This document shows positions 50,951 to 64,000 of a stretch of 64,000 nucleotides of DNA, one piece after another; the stretch's first letter is position 1; each line of letters begins with the position of its first letter. The notes beneath the pieces are model-generated. The model made no database searches. It saw only the letters and a program-made list of their open reading frames with translations, and was not told where the DNA came from. The position numbers and the translations under genes are program-made. The stretch spans positions 4,510-68,509 of the forward strand of contig JAXDPA010000099.1 in assembly GCA_034668685.1 (NCBI GenBank). The letters run 5' to 3'. This stretch comes from Sphingomonadales bacterium. Its GTDB lineage: Bacteria; Pseudomonadota; Alphaproteobacteria; Sphingomonadales; Sphingomonadaceae.

Positions 50951-51053
50951 GCCGCTCTCCTTCTCGGGCAGACTAGGAAGCGAGGGGCCGCCCTGTCCAG
51001 CGGCCTTGCCTCGCTCCCGGCGCCGCTCTACCCCTCCGGCGAGGGAGAGGCCG

Positions 51054-53345
<2,292 letters not shown>

Positions 53346-53351
53346 AGGGCG

Positions 53352-53470
53352 TGCCCTCACCCTCCCACCGCTTCGCGGCGGGCCCCTCCCTCTCCCCTGG
53401 AGGGAGAGGGGTCGATTCTTCCCTCTCCCTGCAGGGGAGAGGGACAGGCGCGAAGCGCCAGGGTGAGGGC
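53352..53470. repeat. REP-like paired palindrome inside the abm operon
   Basis: GCCCTCACCC...CCCTCTCCCC.GGAGGGAGAGGG and inverted copy ending GGGTGAGGGC. Confidence 0.75.
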
Positions 53471-53472
53471 AA

Positions 53473-54264
53473 GTGAGGCTGGAGGGAGAACACGCCCTCG
53501 TCACCGGCGGCGGCACCGGCATTGGCGCGGCGATCGCACGCGCATTGGCGGCGCAAGGCGCGAAGCTCACCCTCGTCGGGCGGCGCCGCGAGCCGCTGGA
53601 GGCGCTGGCGGAGCAGCTTGGCGTTCCTGCGAAAGCAGGAACCCAGCCCCCTCATGGGCTCCTGCCTTCGCAGGAGCACATTCTGGTCGCCCCGGCCGAC
53701 GTCACCGACCCGGACCAGGTCGAGCGCGCCTTCGCCCTCGCCCGGGCGGCGCAGGGGCCGATCACCCTCCTCGTCAACAATGCCGGAGCGGCGAAGGGGG
53801 TGCCGTTCGCGGAGGTGACGCCGGACCTCTGGCGCGACATGCTCGCGGTCAACCTCGACGCTCTGTTCCATTGCTGCCAGGCGGCCCTCCCGGACCTACT
53901 CGCCGCCGAGCGGGGACGGATCGTCACCGTGGCATCGATGGCCGGCCTTTACGGCTTCGCCTACGCTTCGCCCTATATCGCCGCCAAGCACGGCGCGGTC
54001 GGCCTCACCCGCGCCCTCGCCGCCGAATATGCCGGCACGAAACTGCGCGTGAACGCGGTCTGCCCCGGCTTCGTCGACACCGACATGACCGTCCGGTCGG
54101 TCGCCACCATCACCGCCAGGACCGGCCGAAGCGAGGACGAGGCGCGCGCCGAGCTGGCCCGCCTCAACCCCTCCGGGCGGTTGATCGCGCCGGAGGAGGT
54201 CGCCGAGGCGGTGCTTGACCTCATCCTCTCGGAGCGGAACGGTGAGGCCGTGGAGATCGCATGA
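53473..54264 (+). CDS. SDR oxidoreductase of the abm cluster, carrying an in-frame palindromic insert
   Basis: [27 protein letters not shown]. Confidence 0.9.
   Translation: MRLEGEHALVTGGGTGIGAAIARALAAQGAKLTLVGRRREPLEALAEQLGVPAKAGTQPPHGLLPSQEHILVAPADVTDPDQVERAFALARAAQGPITLLVNNAGAAKGVPFAEVTPDLWRDMLAVNLDALFHCCQAALPDLLAAERGRIVTVASMAGLYGFAYASPYIAAKHGAVGLTRALAAEYAGTKLRVNAVCPGFVDTDMTVRSVATITARTGRSEDEARAELARLNPSGRLIAPEEVAEAVLDLILSERNGEAVEIA
53621..53679. repeat. Intragenic palindromic element (PAKAG-encoding REP/RPE-like)
   Basis: GCGTTCCTGCGAAAGCAGGAACCCA ... TGGGCTCCTGCCTTCGCAGGAGCAC inverted arms, each also a hairpin. Confidence 0.8.
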
Positions 54265-55070
54265 ACCCGAACGCCTTCGAGCCCGACCACTTCCGCTGGG
54301 ATTTCGCCGACGGCGTGGCGACGATCACGCTCAGCCGGCCGGAGCGGAAGAACCCGCTCACCTTCGAAAGCTATGCCGAGCTTCGCGACACGTTTCGCGC
54401 TCTCGCTTATGCCCGCGAGGTGAAGGCCGTGGTGGTCGCCGGCGCCGGCGGCAATTTCAGCTCCGGCGGCGACGTCCACGAGATCATCGGACCGCTGACG
54501 CAGATGGACATGCCGGGCCTGCTCGCCTTCACACGGATGACCGGCGACCTCGTCAAGGCGATGCGCGCCTGCCCTCAGCCGATCGTCGCCGCGGTGGACG
54601 GAATCTGCGCCGGCGCCGGCGCGATCCTCGCCATGGCCTCCGACCTGCGCTTCGCGACTCCGGCCGCGAAGACCGCCTTCCTGTTCACCCGGGTCGGCCT
54701 CGCCGGCTGCGACATGGGGGCGTGCGCGATCCTGCCGCGAATCGTCGGCCAGGGCCGCGCCGCCGAACTGCTCTACACCGGCCGCTTCATGACCGCCGAG
54801 GAAGGGCAAAGCTGGGGCTTCTTCAACCGCATCGTCGAGCCCGAGCGATTGCTCGACGAGGCCCATGCGCTGGCCCGCGAGCTCGCCGGAGGCCCGACCT
54901 TCGCCCATGGCATCACCAAGACCCAGCTCAACCAGGAATGGAACGTCAGCCTCGAGACGGCGATCGAGATGGAGGCCCAGGCCCAGGCGATCTGCATGGC
55001 GACGAACGACTTCCGCCGCGCCTTCGAAGCCTTCGCGGCGAAACGGACCCCGGAGTTCAAGGGTGACTGA
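54261..55070 (+). CDS. Enoyl-CoA hydratase family protein (abm cluster)
   Basis: [28 protein letters not shown]. Confidence 0.9.
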   Translation: MNPNAFEPDHFRWDFADGVATITLSRPERKNPLTFESYAELRDTFRALAYAREVKAVVVAGAGGNFSSGGDVHEIIGPLTQMDMPGLLAFTRMTGDLVKAMRACPQPIVAAVDGICAGAGAILAMASDLRFATPAAKTAFLFTRVGLAGCDMGACAILPRIVGQGRAAELLYTGRFMTAEEGQSWGFFNRIVEPERLLDEAHALARELAGGPTFAHGITKTQLNQEWNVSLETAIEMEAQAQAICMATNDFRRAFEAFAAKRTPEFKGD

Positions 55071-55210
55071 CCCCTCTCCCCTTGCGGGAGAGGGAGGGGC
55101 CCGCCCGGCGCAGCCGGGTGGGAGGGTGAGGGCACTCAGCCTCACCTACCTGCCCTCACCCCCCCATTGCTGGCGCAATGGGTCCCCCCCTCTCCCGCAA
55201 GGGGAGAGGG
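55071..55210. repeat. REP-like paired palindrome inside the abm operon
   Basis: CCCCTCTCCCCTTGCGGGAGAGGG...GGGTGAGGGCA / TGCCCTCACCC...CCCTCTCCCGCAAGGGGAGAGGG. Confidence 0.75.
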
Positions 55211-55214
55211 AAAG

Positions 55215-56363
55215 GTGAAGGACTTCCTCGACTGGCCCTTTTTCGATGCCCGCCATCGGGAGCTGGCGGAAATGCTCGACCATTGGTGCCAAGCGGAATT
55301 ATCCGGCGTAGAGCCCGCCGACGTCGATGCCGCCTGCCGCGCGCTGGTGGGACAACTCGGCGACGCGGGGTGGCTCACTCACTGCGTCCCCGACGAGGCG
55401 GGGCGGCTCGACGTGCGCTCGCTGTGCCTCATCCGCGAGACGCTCGCCCGCCATTCCGGGCTCGCCGATTTCGCCTTCGCCATGCAGGGTCTGGGCTCCG
55501 GCACGATCGCCCTGTTCGGCAGCCCCGAGCAGAAGGCGGCGATTCTCCCCTCTGTGGCGCGCGGCGAAAAGATCGCCGCCTTCGCGCTCACCGAGCCCGA
55601 TTCGGGCTCGGACGTCGCCAACATCGCCACCCGCGCCGAAGAACGCGACGGCGGCTGGGTGCTGAACGGCGAGAAGGCGTTCATCTCCAACGGCGGGATC
55701 GCCGATTTCTACGTCGTGTTCGCCCGCACCGGAGAGGCGCCGGGAGCGAAGGGCCTCTCCGCCTTCCTCGTCGAGCGCGGCACGCCGGGCCTCGACGACA
55801 GCGAACGCACCGAGGTGATCGCCCCGCACCCGCTGGCGACGCTCGCTTTCCGCGACATGCGGCTCCCGGGCTCGGCGCTGATCGGCGAGCGCGGCCGCGG
55901 CTTCCAGCAGGCGATGGCGACGCTCGACGTGTTCCGGACCACCGTCGGCGCCGCGGCGCTCGGCTTCGCGAGACGCGCGCTCGACGAGGCGACCGGCCGC
56001 GCTCTTTCCCGCCGCCTCGGCGCCGGCACTCTGGCCGACAACCCGGTCACCCAGTCGAGGCTCGCCGAGATGGTGCTCGACGTCGAGACCTCCGCCTTGC
56101 TGATCTACCGCGCCGCCTGGCTGCGCGACGTCATGGGCCGCCGCAACAGCCGGGAGGCGGCGCTCGCCAAGCTCCATGCGACCGACAGCGCGCAGTCGGT
56201 GATCGACAAGGCGGTGCAAATGTTCGGCGGCCTCGGAGTCACCAAGGGCGTGCCGGTCGAGCGGCTCTACCGCGAGATCCGCGCGCTCCGCATCTACGAA
56301 GGGGCGTCGGAGGTGCAGAAATTGGTCATCGCCCGCCACCATCTCGCGGAGCCCGGCCGATGA
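55215..56363 (+). CDS. Acyl-CoA dehydrogenase (abm cluster)
   Basis: GTG start; [33 protein letters not shown]. Confidence 0.92.
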   Translation: MKDFLDWPFFDARHRELAEMLDHWCQAELSGVEPADVDAACRALVGQLGDAGWLTHCVPDEAGRLDVRSLCLIRETLARHSGLADFAFAMQGLGSGTIALFGSPEQKAAILPSVARGEKIAAFALTEPDSGSDVANIATRAEERDGGWVLNGEKAFISNGGIADFYVVFARTGEAPGAKGLSAFLVERGTPGLDDSERTEVIAPHPLATLAFRDMRLPGSALIGERGRGFQQAMATLDVFRTTVGAAALGFARRALDEATGRALSRRLGAGTLADNPVTQSRLAEMVLDVETSALLIYRAAWLRDVMGRRNSREAALAKLHATDSAQSVIDKAVQMFGGLGVTKGVPVERLYREIRALRIYEGASEVQKLVIARHHLAEPGR

Positions 56364-56752
56364 AGGTCCTCCTCCCGCCCGGTTGGCCCCGGCCCAAAGG
56401 CTATTCGAACGGGATTTCCGAGCGCGGGCGGACGATCTTCACCGCCGGCGTGATCGGGTGGGATGAGGGCGAGCGGATCGTCGCCCCCGACCTGCTCGGC
56501 CAGGTCCGCCAAGTGCTGCTCAACATCCGCGCCATCCTCGCCGAGGACGGCGCCGGGCCGGAGCATATCGTCCGGATGACCTGGTACGTCGTCGGCCTCG
56601 ACGAGTATCGCGCCGACCTCGCCGAGATCGGATCGGTCTGGCGGGAGGTGATGGGCCGGGTCTATCCGGCGATGGCGGTGGTCGGCGTGTCGGCACTGGT
56701 CGAACCCGCTGCCCGGATCGAGATCGAGGCGATTGCGATGGTGCCGGACTGA
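56360..56752 (+). CDS. RidA/YjgF-family enamine deaminase (abm cluster)
   Basis: [21 protein letters not shown]...A.IEIEA; ATGA overlap. Confidence 0.88.
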   Translation: MKVLLPPGWPRPKGYSNGISERGRTIFTAGVIGWDEGERIVAPDLLGQVRQVLLNIRAILAEDGAGPEHIVRMTWYVVGLDEYRADLAEIGSVWREVMGRVYPAMAVVGVSALVEPAARIEIEAIAMVPD

Positions 56753-58344
56753 TGCGCTCGGCGCATATCGACACCTTCGTCCGGGACCGGCTGCCGTCCT
56801 TCGACGCGCAGCCCGAATTCCTCTTCGACCTTCCCGAGCTGCACTATCCGGAACGGCTGAACGGCGCCGTCGAGCTGATCGGCACCGGCCCGGCCGAGGC
56901 GCTCGCGGTCGTCAACGACGCCGGCGCCTGGACCTACGGCGAGATGCGCGATCTTTCCGACCGCATCGCTCGCTTGCTGGTCGAGGAGGAAGGGCTGTTG
57001 CCCGGCAACCGGGTGCTGCTGCGCGGGGCCAACGGGGCGTTGCTGTTCGCCGCCTGGCTCGGCGTACTCAAGGCGGGCGGCATTCTGGTCACCACCATGC
57101 CGCTGCTGCGCTCCGGCGAAATCGCGACCCTGATCGAGCGGGCCCGGGTGCACCACGCGATCGTCGACGAAAGCTGCCTCGGCGATTTCATGGCCGCCGC
57201 CGATTCGACCGGCCTGATCCGATCCCTGCTCGTCTATCGCGGCGATTCGGGCGGCGGGCCGCTCGAGGCGCGGCTGGAGCGCGTCGCGCCCGGCTTCGCA
57301 CCGTGCGACACCCATCGCGACGACGTGGCGATGATCGCCTTCACCTCGGGCACGACCGGAACGCCCAAGGGCTGCGTCCATTATCACCGCGACCTGCTCG
57401 CCCCCGCCGACAGCTTCGCCCGCTACGTCCTCAGGCCCGAGCCGGGCGAGCGCTGGACCTGCTCCGCCCCGATCGCGTTCACCTTCGGCCTGGGCATGAT
57501 CCTCCTTTTCCCCTGGCGCTTCGCCGGCACCGCCGCGACCATCGCGCAGCCCGGGCCGAAGGCGCTGCTCGAAGCCGTCGCGAAGCACCGGGTCAACCGC
57601 CTCGCCACCGCCCCCACCGCCTACAAGGCGATGCTTCCGCTGCTTGGCGAGCACGACATCTCCTCGCTCCAGCACTGCGTATCAGCGGGGGAGCATCTCC
57701 CGGCCGCCACCTGGCAGGCCTGGAAGGAGGCCACCGGAATCGCGATCGTCGACGGCATCGGCGCCACCGAGATGATGCACATCTTCATTTCCGCGGCCGG
57801 CGACGAGATACGTCCCGGAGCGACCGGCAAGGCGGTGCCGGGCTATCGCGCCTGCGTGCTCGGAGACGGCGGCCAGCCGCTCGCATCGGGCACCGGTCGC
57901 CTTGCCGTCAAAGGGCCGACCGGCTGCCGCTATTTCGACGATCCTCGGCAGGCGGATTATGTCCAGCACGGCTGGAACGTCACCGGCGACACCTACCGGC
58001 AGGACGAGGACGGCTATTTCTGGTTCGTCGCCCGCTCCGACGACATGATCGTCTCGGCGGGCTACAACATCGCCGCGCCGGAGGTGGAGAATGCGCTCTA
58101 CGCGCATCCTGCCGTCCAGGAATGCGCGGTCGTCGGCGTGCCGTGCGAGGCGCGCGGGCGCAAAGTGAAGGCCTTCGTCGTAGTGGCGCCCGGCCACGAC
58201 GCCGGCGAGGCGCTGGCCCGCGCGCTCCAGGAGCACGTCAAGGCGCAGATCGCCCCGTACAAATATCCGCGGGAAATGGAGTTCGTCGCCGCCTTGCCGA
58301 AGACCGCTACGGGTAAGCTGCAGCGCTTCCAGCTGCGCCGCTAG
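56752..58344 (+). CDS. abmG: 2-aminobenzoate-CoA ligase-like AMP-binding enzyme
   Basis: SAH.DTF.RD.LP start, FTSGTTG.PKG, DGIGATE, TGD, PKTATGKLQR; last gene of the abm-like operon. Confidence 0.82.
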   Translation: MRSAHIDTFVRDRLPSFDAQPEFLFDLPELHYPERLNGAVELIGTGPAEALAVVNDAGAWTYGEMRDLSDRIARLLVEEEGLLPGNRVLLRGANGALLFAAWLGVLKAGGILVTTMPLLRSGEIATLIERARVHHAIVDESCLGDFMAAADSTGLIRSLLVYRGDSGGGPLEARLERVAPGFAPCDTHRDDVAMIAFTSGTTGTPKGCVHYHRDLLAPADSFARYVLRPEPGERWTCSAPIAFTFGLGMILLFPWRFAGTAATIAQPGPKALLEAVAKHRVNRLATAPTAYKAMLPLLGEHDISSLQHCVSAGEHLPAATWQAWKEATGIAIVDGIGATEMMHIFISAAGDEIRPGATGKAVPGYRACVLGDGGQPLASGTGRLAVKGPTGCRYFDDPRQADYVQHGWNVTGDTYRQDEDGYFWFVARSDDMIVSAGYNIAAPEVENALYAHPAVQECAVVGVPCEARGRKVKAFVVVAPGHDAGEALARALQEHVKAQIAPYKYPREMEFVAALPKTATGKLQRFQLRR

Positions 58345-59579
58345 CAGGCCTGCTTTTCAGGCGGCGCGGCCACGCCGGGGAGCGCCCTGCGGACGCCCTC
58401 GAGGCATTTGGGCTGGGCCGCGGCCGGAGCGGGGGCCGCCGGCGCGTCGGTCGCGGCATGCCGACCGAGCGGGGCCTGCGGCTTCTCAGGCAGGCCGGAC
58501 AGGGCCCAATGCAGCGTCGAGGAAGGCTGGGCCGTCTGCGCCATGGCGCTGGTCGTCGCGGCCTGCGGGGTCATCGGCTCGTAGCGGCGAAGCACGGCGC
58601 GCTGGAAGCTGTCGATGCTGCCCGGCGCCGGCTTCGCGCCCGGTTTCAGCGGCGCGTCGCCGTTCGCGGCCGCCGCGGCCAGCGCCGCCGCCTGGGCATC
58701 GACGGTTTCCGTCACGACGTCAGTGGCATTGGCCAGAGTCGACGGGTCGGAGGTGAGGCTGCGCATGAGGGCGATCTGCGGTTCGGTGCCGGTCCCGCCG
58801 AAGCGGAAGGCCGGCGGCCGGCCCCAGCCGCCTTCCCAGCGGTAGAAGATGTGCGCGCCGACAACGGCCGCCTTGACCAAAGTCCCGCTCCAATAGGGCA
58901 CGACGTAATTGGCATGGTAATGGGTCGCCCAGCCGACCGGCGCATAGACCTTGCCTGCCAGCGCCTCCTCCGCGACCATCCGCGCGCGGGTCCACAAAGC
59001 GGGCGCCGGCGCCCGGCCTAGCGCGCCGTCGCAGGTGAAAGTGAACTGGCAGCCGGTCGCCCGGTCAGAGCCCTGGAAGACGACTCCGCAGACGCTCTTC
59101 GGGAAAGCGGGATGGCGGACGCGGTTGAGCACCACCTGCGCCACAGCGCGCTGACCATCGGTCGATTCGACCGCGGCCTCGTAATAGATCGCCGCGGTCA
59201 GGCATTCGAGCGCCCGAGTGCGGTCGGCCGGAGTGGCGAAGGCGGTGCGGAACGGGCGCGCCGCCGGATTGGGCAGGTCGGAGACGGGAATCGCGGCGTT
59301 CATCGCCACCGCGTCCTGCGGAGTCACGTCCTCGCGGAAGCGCAGCGGCTCGGGCGCCGGCGGCGTGCCGAGGCCTGGGATGACCAACGGACTCCCCGGC
59401 GCAGGCACGTTGGCCCGGGCGACGGTGACCGGCTGAAGCGAGGTGACGCTGAGCGCGGCGATCAGATAGAGGCCGAGCATGGTGGCGAGGACGAGCGTGC
59501 TCAGCCACTGCTTGCCGCGCGGCAGGCGGGGCAGCCGCGGCAGGCGGAAGCTCGGCATCGTCAGGCTCAAGGCGGGCAT
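58341..59579 (-). CDS. Cell wall hydrolase (SleB/Hydrolase_2 family)
   Basis: CLT.AIYYEA, AVAQVVLNRV, CGVVFQG, CQFTF.CDG, ATHYHA.YV.P.W, HIFY. Confidence 0.9.
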   Translation of the reverse strand: MPALSLTMPSFRLPRLPRLPRGKQWLSTLVLATMLGLYLIAALSVTSLQPVTVARANVPAPGSPLVIPGLGTPPAPEPLRFREDVTPQDAVAMNAAIPVSDLPNPAARPFRTAFATPADRTRALECLTAAIYYEAAVESTDGQRAVAQVVLNRVRHPAFPKSVCGVVFQGSDRATGCQFTFTCDGALGRAPAPALWTRARMVAEEALAGKVYAPVGWATHYHANYVVPYWSGTLVKAAVVGAHIFYRWEGGWGRPPAFRFGGTGTEPQIALMRSLTSDPSTLANATDVVTETVDAQAAALAAAAANGDAPLKPGAKPAPGSIDSFQRAVLRRYEPMTPQAATTSAMAQTAQPSSTLHWALSGLPEKPQAPLGRHAATDAPAAPAPAAAQPKCLEGVRRALPGVAAPPEKQAC

Positions 59580-59736
59580 CAACCACTCCGAAAAAGGCCG
59601 AGCCCCTTAAGCGAGGCCGCCGCGTCCCGCAACCGCGGGATCCTGGAACAAGCCGCGAGGCGAACGCCGCGCGCGGCCGAAGGAACCTCGTCGAGGCCGC
59701 GAATCCCTAGCAAAAGTGGGGACGAAGGGCAATTTT

Positions 59737-61271
<1,535 letters not shown>

Positions 61272-61301
61272 CCCAGCCGCCGCAGCGAGGATGAGATCCG
61301 A

Positions 61302-61589
61302 ATGGCCGACACGCCCCCCGACCGCCTCTCGCTCGACCCGCGCAGCCCGCATTTCGACGGCGACACGTTGCGCCGCGGCGTCGGCATCCGATTCAGAGGG
61401 CGCGACCGGCACGATGTCGAGGAATATTGCGTCTCGGAAGGCTGGATCCGGGTCCAGGCCGGCAAGACCATGGACCGCCACGGCCGGCCGCTGACCATCC
61501 GGCTGAGCGGCGAGGTCGAGCCCTATTTCACCGATGTGGGCGCCGAAGGTGACGGTCCGGATGTTCACGAAAGTCCCGCGGAGAGCTGA
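61302..61589 (+). CDS. DUF3297-family protein
   Basis: PDRLS.DPRSP, GVGIRF, VEEYCVSEGWIRV. Confidence 0.85.
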   Translation: MADTPPDRLSLDPRSPHFDGDTLRRGVGIRFRGRDRHDVEEYCVSEGWIRVQAGKTMDRHGRPLTIRLSGEVEPYFTDVGAEGDGPDVHESPAES

Positions 61590-61597
61590 TTCTTCCG

Positions 61598-62833
61598 ATG
61601 CTGGACATATTACGCATCCGTAACGAGTTTCCCGCCCTCGCCGTCACCGACGGCGGCCGGCCGCGCCTCTATCTCGACGCTCCGGGGGGAACCCAGGCCT
61701 GTCGCCGCGCGATCGCCGCGATGGCGGCGCATCTCGAGACCGGGACGGCCAACAGCGGCGGCGCCTTCGCGACCAGCCTCGCCACCGACGCGATGAGCGA
61801 GGCGGCCCACGAAGCGATGGCCGACCTCATCGGCGGATCGGCGGACGAGATCGCCTTCGGCCCGAACATGACGAGCCTGACCTTCGCGGTGTCGCGGGCG
61901 CTCGGCCGCCGCTTCGCCGCGGGCGACGAGCTGGTCGTCACCCGGCTCGACCACGACGCCAACGTCGCGCCCTGGCTGCTGCTCGCCCGCGACGCCGGGA
62001 TGGCGGTGCGCTGGCTCGACTTCGATCCCGAGAGCGGGCGGCTTCGGCTGGACGAATTGCCCGGCCTGCTCGGCCCACGCACCCGGCTGGTCGCGGTCGG
62101 CGGGGCCAGCAACGCGCTCGGCACGGTCAACGACGTCGCCGCCATCGTGCGCACGGTGCGCGAGGGCTCCGACGCCCTCATCTATCTCGACGCCGTGCAG
62201 TCGGTGCCGCATCTCGCCACCGACGTGGAGGCGCTCGGCTGCGACTTCCTCGCCTGCTCGCCCTACAAGTTCTTCGGACCCCACCAGGGCGTGCTGTGGG
62301 GCCGCAAGGCGCTGCTGGAAGGTCTCGAAGTGTACAAGCTGCGACCTTCGCCCGACTGGCCGGCAGCCGTCCGCTTCGAGACCGGCACCCCCTCGTTTGA
62401 GGGCCAGGCCGGCACGATCGGCGCGGTCGAGCATATTGCCTGGATCGGCGAGACCTGGGGCGGCGCCGGAGGCGGCAGCCGGCGTGAGCGGATCGTCGCC
62501 GGGATGGAAATGGTCGCCGCGCACGAGCGTGACCTTTGCGACCTTTTCCTCGCCGGCCTCCAGCGCCTGCCGCGCGTCCGCCTGTTCGGCCCGCCCGAGT
62601 CCGAGGCCCGGCTGCCGACCTTCTCGGTGACGATCGAAGGCCTGACCGCCCGCCAGGCCGCCGAACGGCTGGCCGAGCAGAACATCTTCGCCTGGTCGGG
62701 CAATTTCTACGCCAAGGAGGCGGTGACCCGCCTCGGCCTCGACGCCGCCGGCGGCCTGCTCCGAATCGGCTTCTGCCAGTACAGCACGGCCGACGAGGTC
62801 GAGCGGCTGCTCGAGGCGCTGGAGGCGCTTTAG
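61598..62833 (+). CDS. Cysteine desulfurase-like class V PLP enzyme
   Basis: YLDAPGGTQ, LDHDAN, DAVQ, CSPYKFFGPH, FETGT. Confidence 0.9.
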   Translation: MLDILRIRNEFPALAVTDGGRPRLYLDAPGGTQACRRAIAAMAAHLETGTANSGGAFATSLATDAMSEAAHEAMADLIGGSADEIAFGPNMTSLTFAVSRALGRRFAAGDELVVTRLDHDANVAPWLLLARDAGMAVRWLDFDPESGRLRLDELPGLLGPRTRLVAVGGASNALGTVNDVAAIVRTVREGSDALIYLDAVQSVPHLATDVEALGCDFLACSPYKFFGPHQGVLWGRKALLEGLEVYKLRPSPDWPAAVRFETGTPSFEGQAGTIGAVEHIAWIGETWGGAGGGSRRERIVAGMEMVAAHERDLCDLFLAGLQRLPRVRLFGPPESEARLPTFSVTIEGLTARQAAERLAEQNIFAWSGNFYAKEAVTRLGLDAAGGLLRIGFCQYSTADEVERLLEALEAL

Positions 62834-64000
62834 GGCGGCGGCGGCGGCGCGGCGGGCGGCGGGGACGGCGAGGCGGATGCCGCGGCGGGCGGCGGGACTG
62901 GGGGAGCGCCCCGGAACAGGTCGGCGATGGTCGTCGCGTTCGTCGCAAGCTTCTCCATGAAGAAAAAGCCGAGGTGGCGGTAGCTCTCGAACTGGGATTC
63001 GGAGAAGAACTGGTCGCCGGTCGTCTCGTGCGGGAAGGTCTTGCTCCCGTTGCCATAGGACTTGATGTCGGCCGGCAGATCCTTCCCGAAGAAGCTGGGC
63101 TTCAGATAGAGAATCTGGCCCCAGATGCCGTTCGGATATTGGATCGTCCCGAAGGCCCAGGCGAGCTGATCGTCTTTGGGATCGAAAGGCTCGTCACGGC
63201 TGCCCAGCCGCAGCTCGGGGAAGCGGATCGTCGTGTCGAAATCTATCTTCGCCTTGCGAACGAGGCCGCCCAGGTCTTCGAAGGCACACTGCGGATCCGC
63301 GCCCGCATCGCTCACCACGATGTAGCGACAGCGGCGGCGCAGCATCTCGTAGACCGCCAGATTCTCGAAATGCCCGCCGTCGGACAGATAGATGTCGTAG
63401 TTCGTGTCCGTGGTCGATCCGGTCAGCTCGTTGAGCAGCGCCCGTAGCGGGTTCGACGGCTCCGACCCCCCGATCTTGTCCCCAAGCTTGTCGGCGGCCG
63501 ACGGATTGGGCAGCCATGCCCCGAGCCGGACATTGAACAGGGTCATCAGAAGCGCCGTCGCGGGCGACGAATGATAACCCATGTTCGGGCTGGCCGCGGC
63601 TCCGGAAATGGCAATGGCGGAGGCTAAAGTCACTCCGGTGCCTTCCATCCGGTAATCCGGTTCATTGCCTCCGTAATCCGACGAGCCGACATAGGCGCCG
63701 ACGCGACCGCGTCCCGTCACCCCGGGCGGATTGAGCATCGAGCTTCCGCTGTAGAGCGGAGTAAAGATGAAGGGCTCCGCCTTACGCTCCTGCCACGCCA
63801 GATTTTCCGTCGCCGTCACGTTGAGTGCGACGTTGACGACCGGATAGAGAACCTGCGGCGTCGGGGCGAGGAGCTCCGTCATCCGAACATTGTCGCGCGC
63901 ACTGAAACCCGTGAACGGGCTGGCTTTCCTGTCGATGCGCGCGGCGCCCAGAAAGGCGCGGTCGAGACGGTTGCGATAGAGGCCGTTGAGCGAGAAGCGG
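62830..64000 (-). CDS. Patatin/cPLA2-like phospholipase, C-terminal part (5' end outside window)
   Basis: Open from the window edge (RFSLNGLYRNRL.RAFLGA), AISGAAASP, NVRLG.W, YLSDGGHFENL, FPHETTGDQFF. Confidence 0.75.
   Translation of the reverse strand, partial: RFSLNGLYRNRLDRAFLGAARIDRKASPFTGFSARDNVRMTELLAPTPQVLYPVVNVALNVTATENLAWQERKAEPFIFTPLYSGSSMLNPPGVTGRGRVGAYVGSSDYGGNEPDYRMEGTGVTLASAIAISGAAASPNMGYHSSPATALLMTLFNVRLGAWLPNPSAADKLGDKIGGSEPSNPLRALLNELTGSTTDTNYDIYLSDGGHFENLAVYEMLRRRCRYIVVSDAGADPQCAFEDLGGLVRKAKIDFDTTIRFPELRLGSRDEPFDPKDDQLAWAFGTIQYPNGIWGQILYLKPSFFGKDLPADIKSYGNGSKTFPHETTGDQFFSESQFESYRHLGFFFMEKLATNATTIADLFRGAPPVPPPAAASASPSPPPAAPPPPP

Overview
High-GC alphaproteobacterial chromosome segment. 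The gene repertoire (UrcA, DUF2171, DUF2794, HPr-rel-A cassette, REP-like palindromes) points to Sphingomonadaceae. Most of it is housekeeping or metabolic: partial phaC, glmS-glmU-gph, cysE, rarA, cfa, tgt plus a preQ transporter, tRNA-Thr(TGT), fatty-acyl-CoA enzymes and an abm-like aerobic anthraniloyl-CoA operon. The standout is a tightly coupled six-gene operon at 6911-14008, abutting the 3' end of glmS. It encodes a putative heme-binding beta-barrel/peroxidase, a VioB/RebD-type ferritin-like protein, an 11-Cys CX5C-repeat bufferin-2-like protein without a clear signal peptide, a DUF692 MNIO, its DUF2063 partner and a VioA/LAAO-like flavin amine oxidase. It looks like an MNIO (RiPP-type) modification system joined to an amino-acid-oxidase/oxidative-coupling module. 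A second, uncharacterised RRE-dependent cassette (Tat protein with C-terminal TCxxS, PqqD, HprK-like kinase, nucleotidyltransferase) lies at 18047-20595. Other notable structure: a bicovalent-FAD oxidase gene between two diverged copies of a thiolase 5' end and bordered by REP half-sites, an in-frame palindromic repeat translated inside an SDR, an AsnB-like enzyme lacking Cys1, and several clear operator palindromes. All family assignments come from motif recognition by eye, not database searches.
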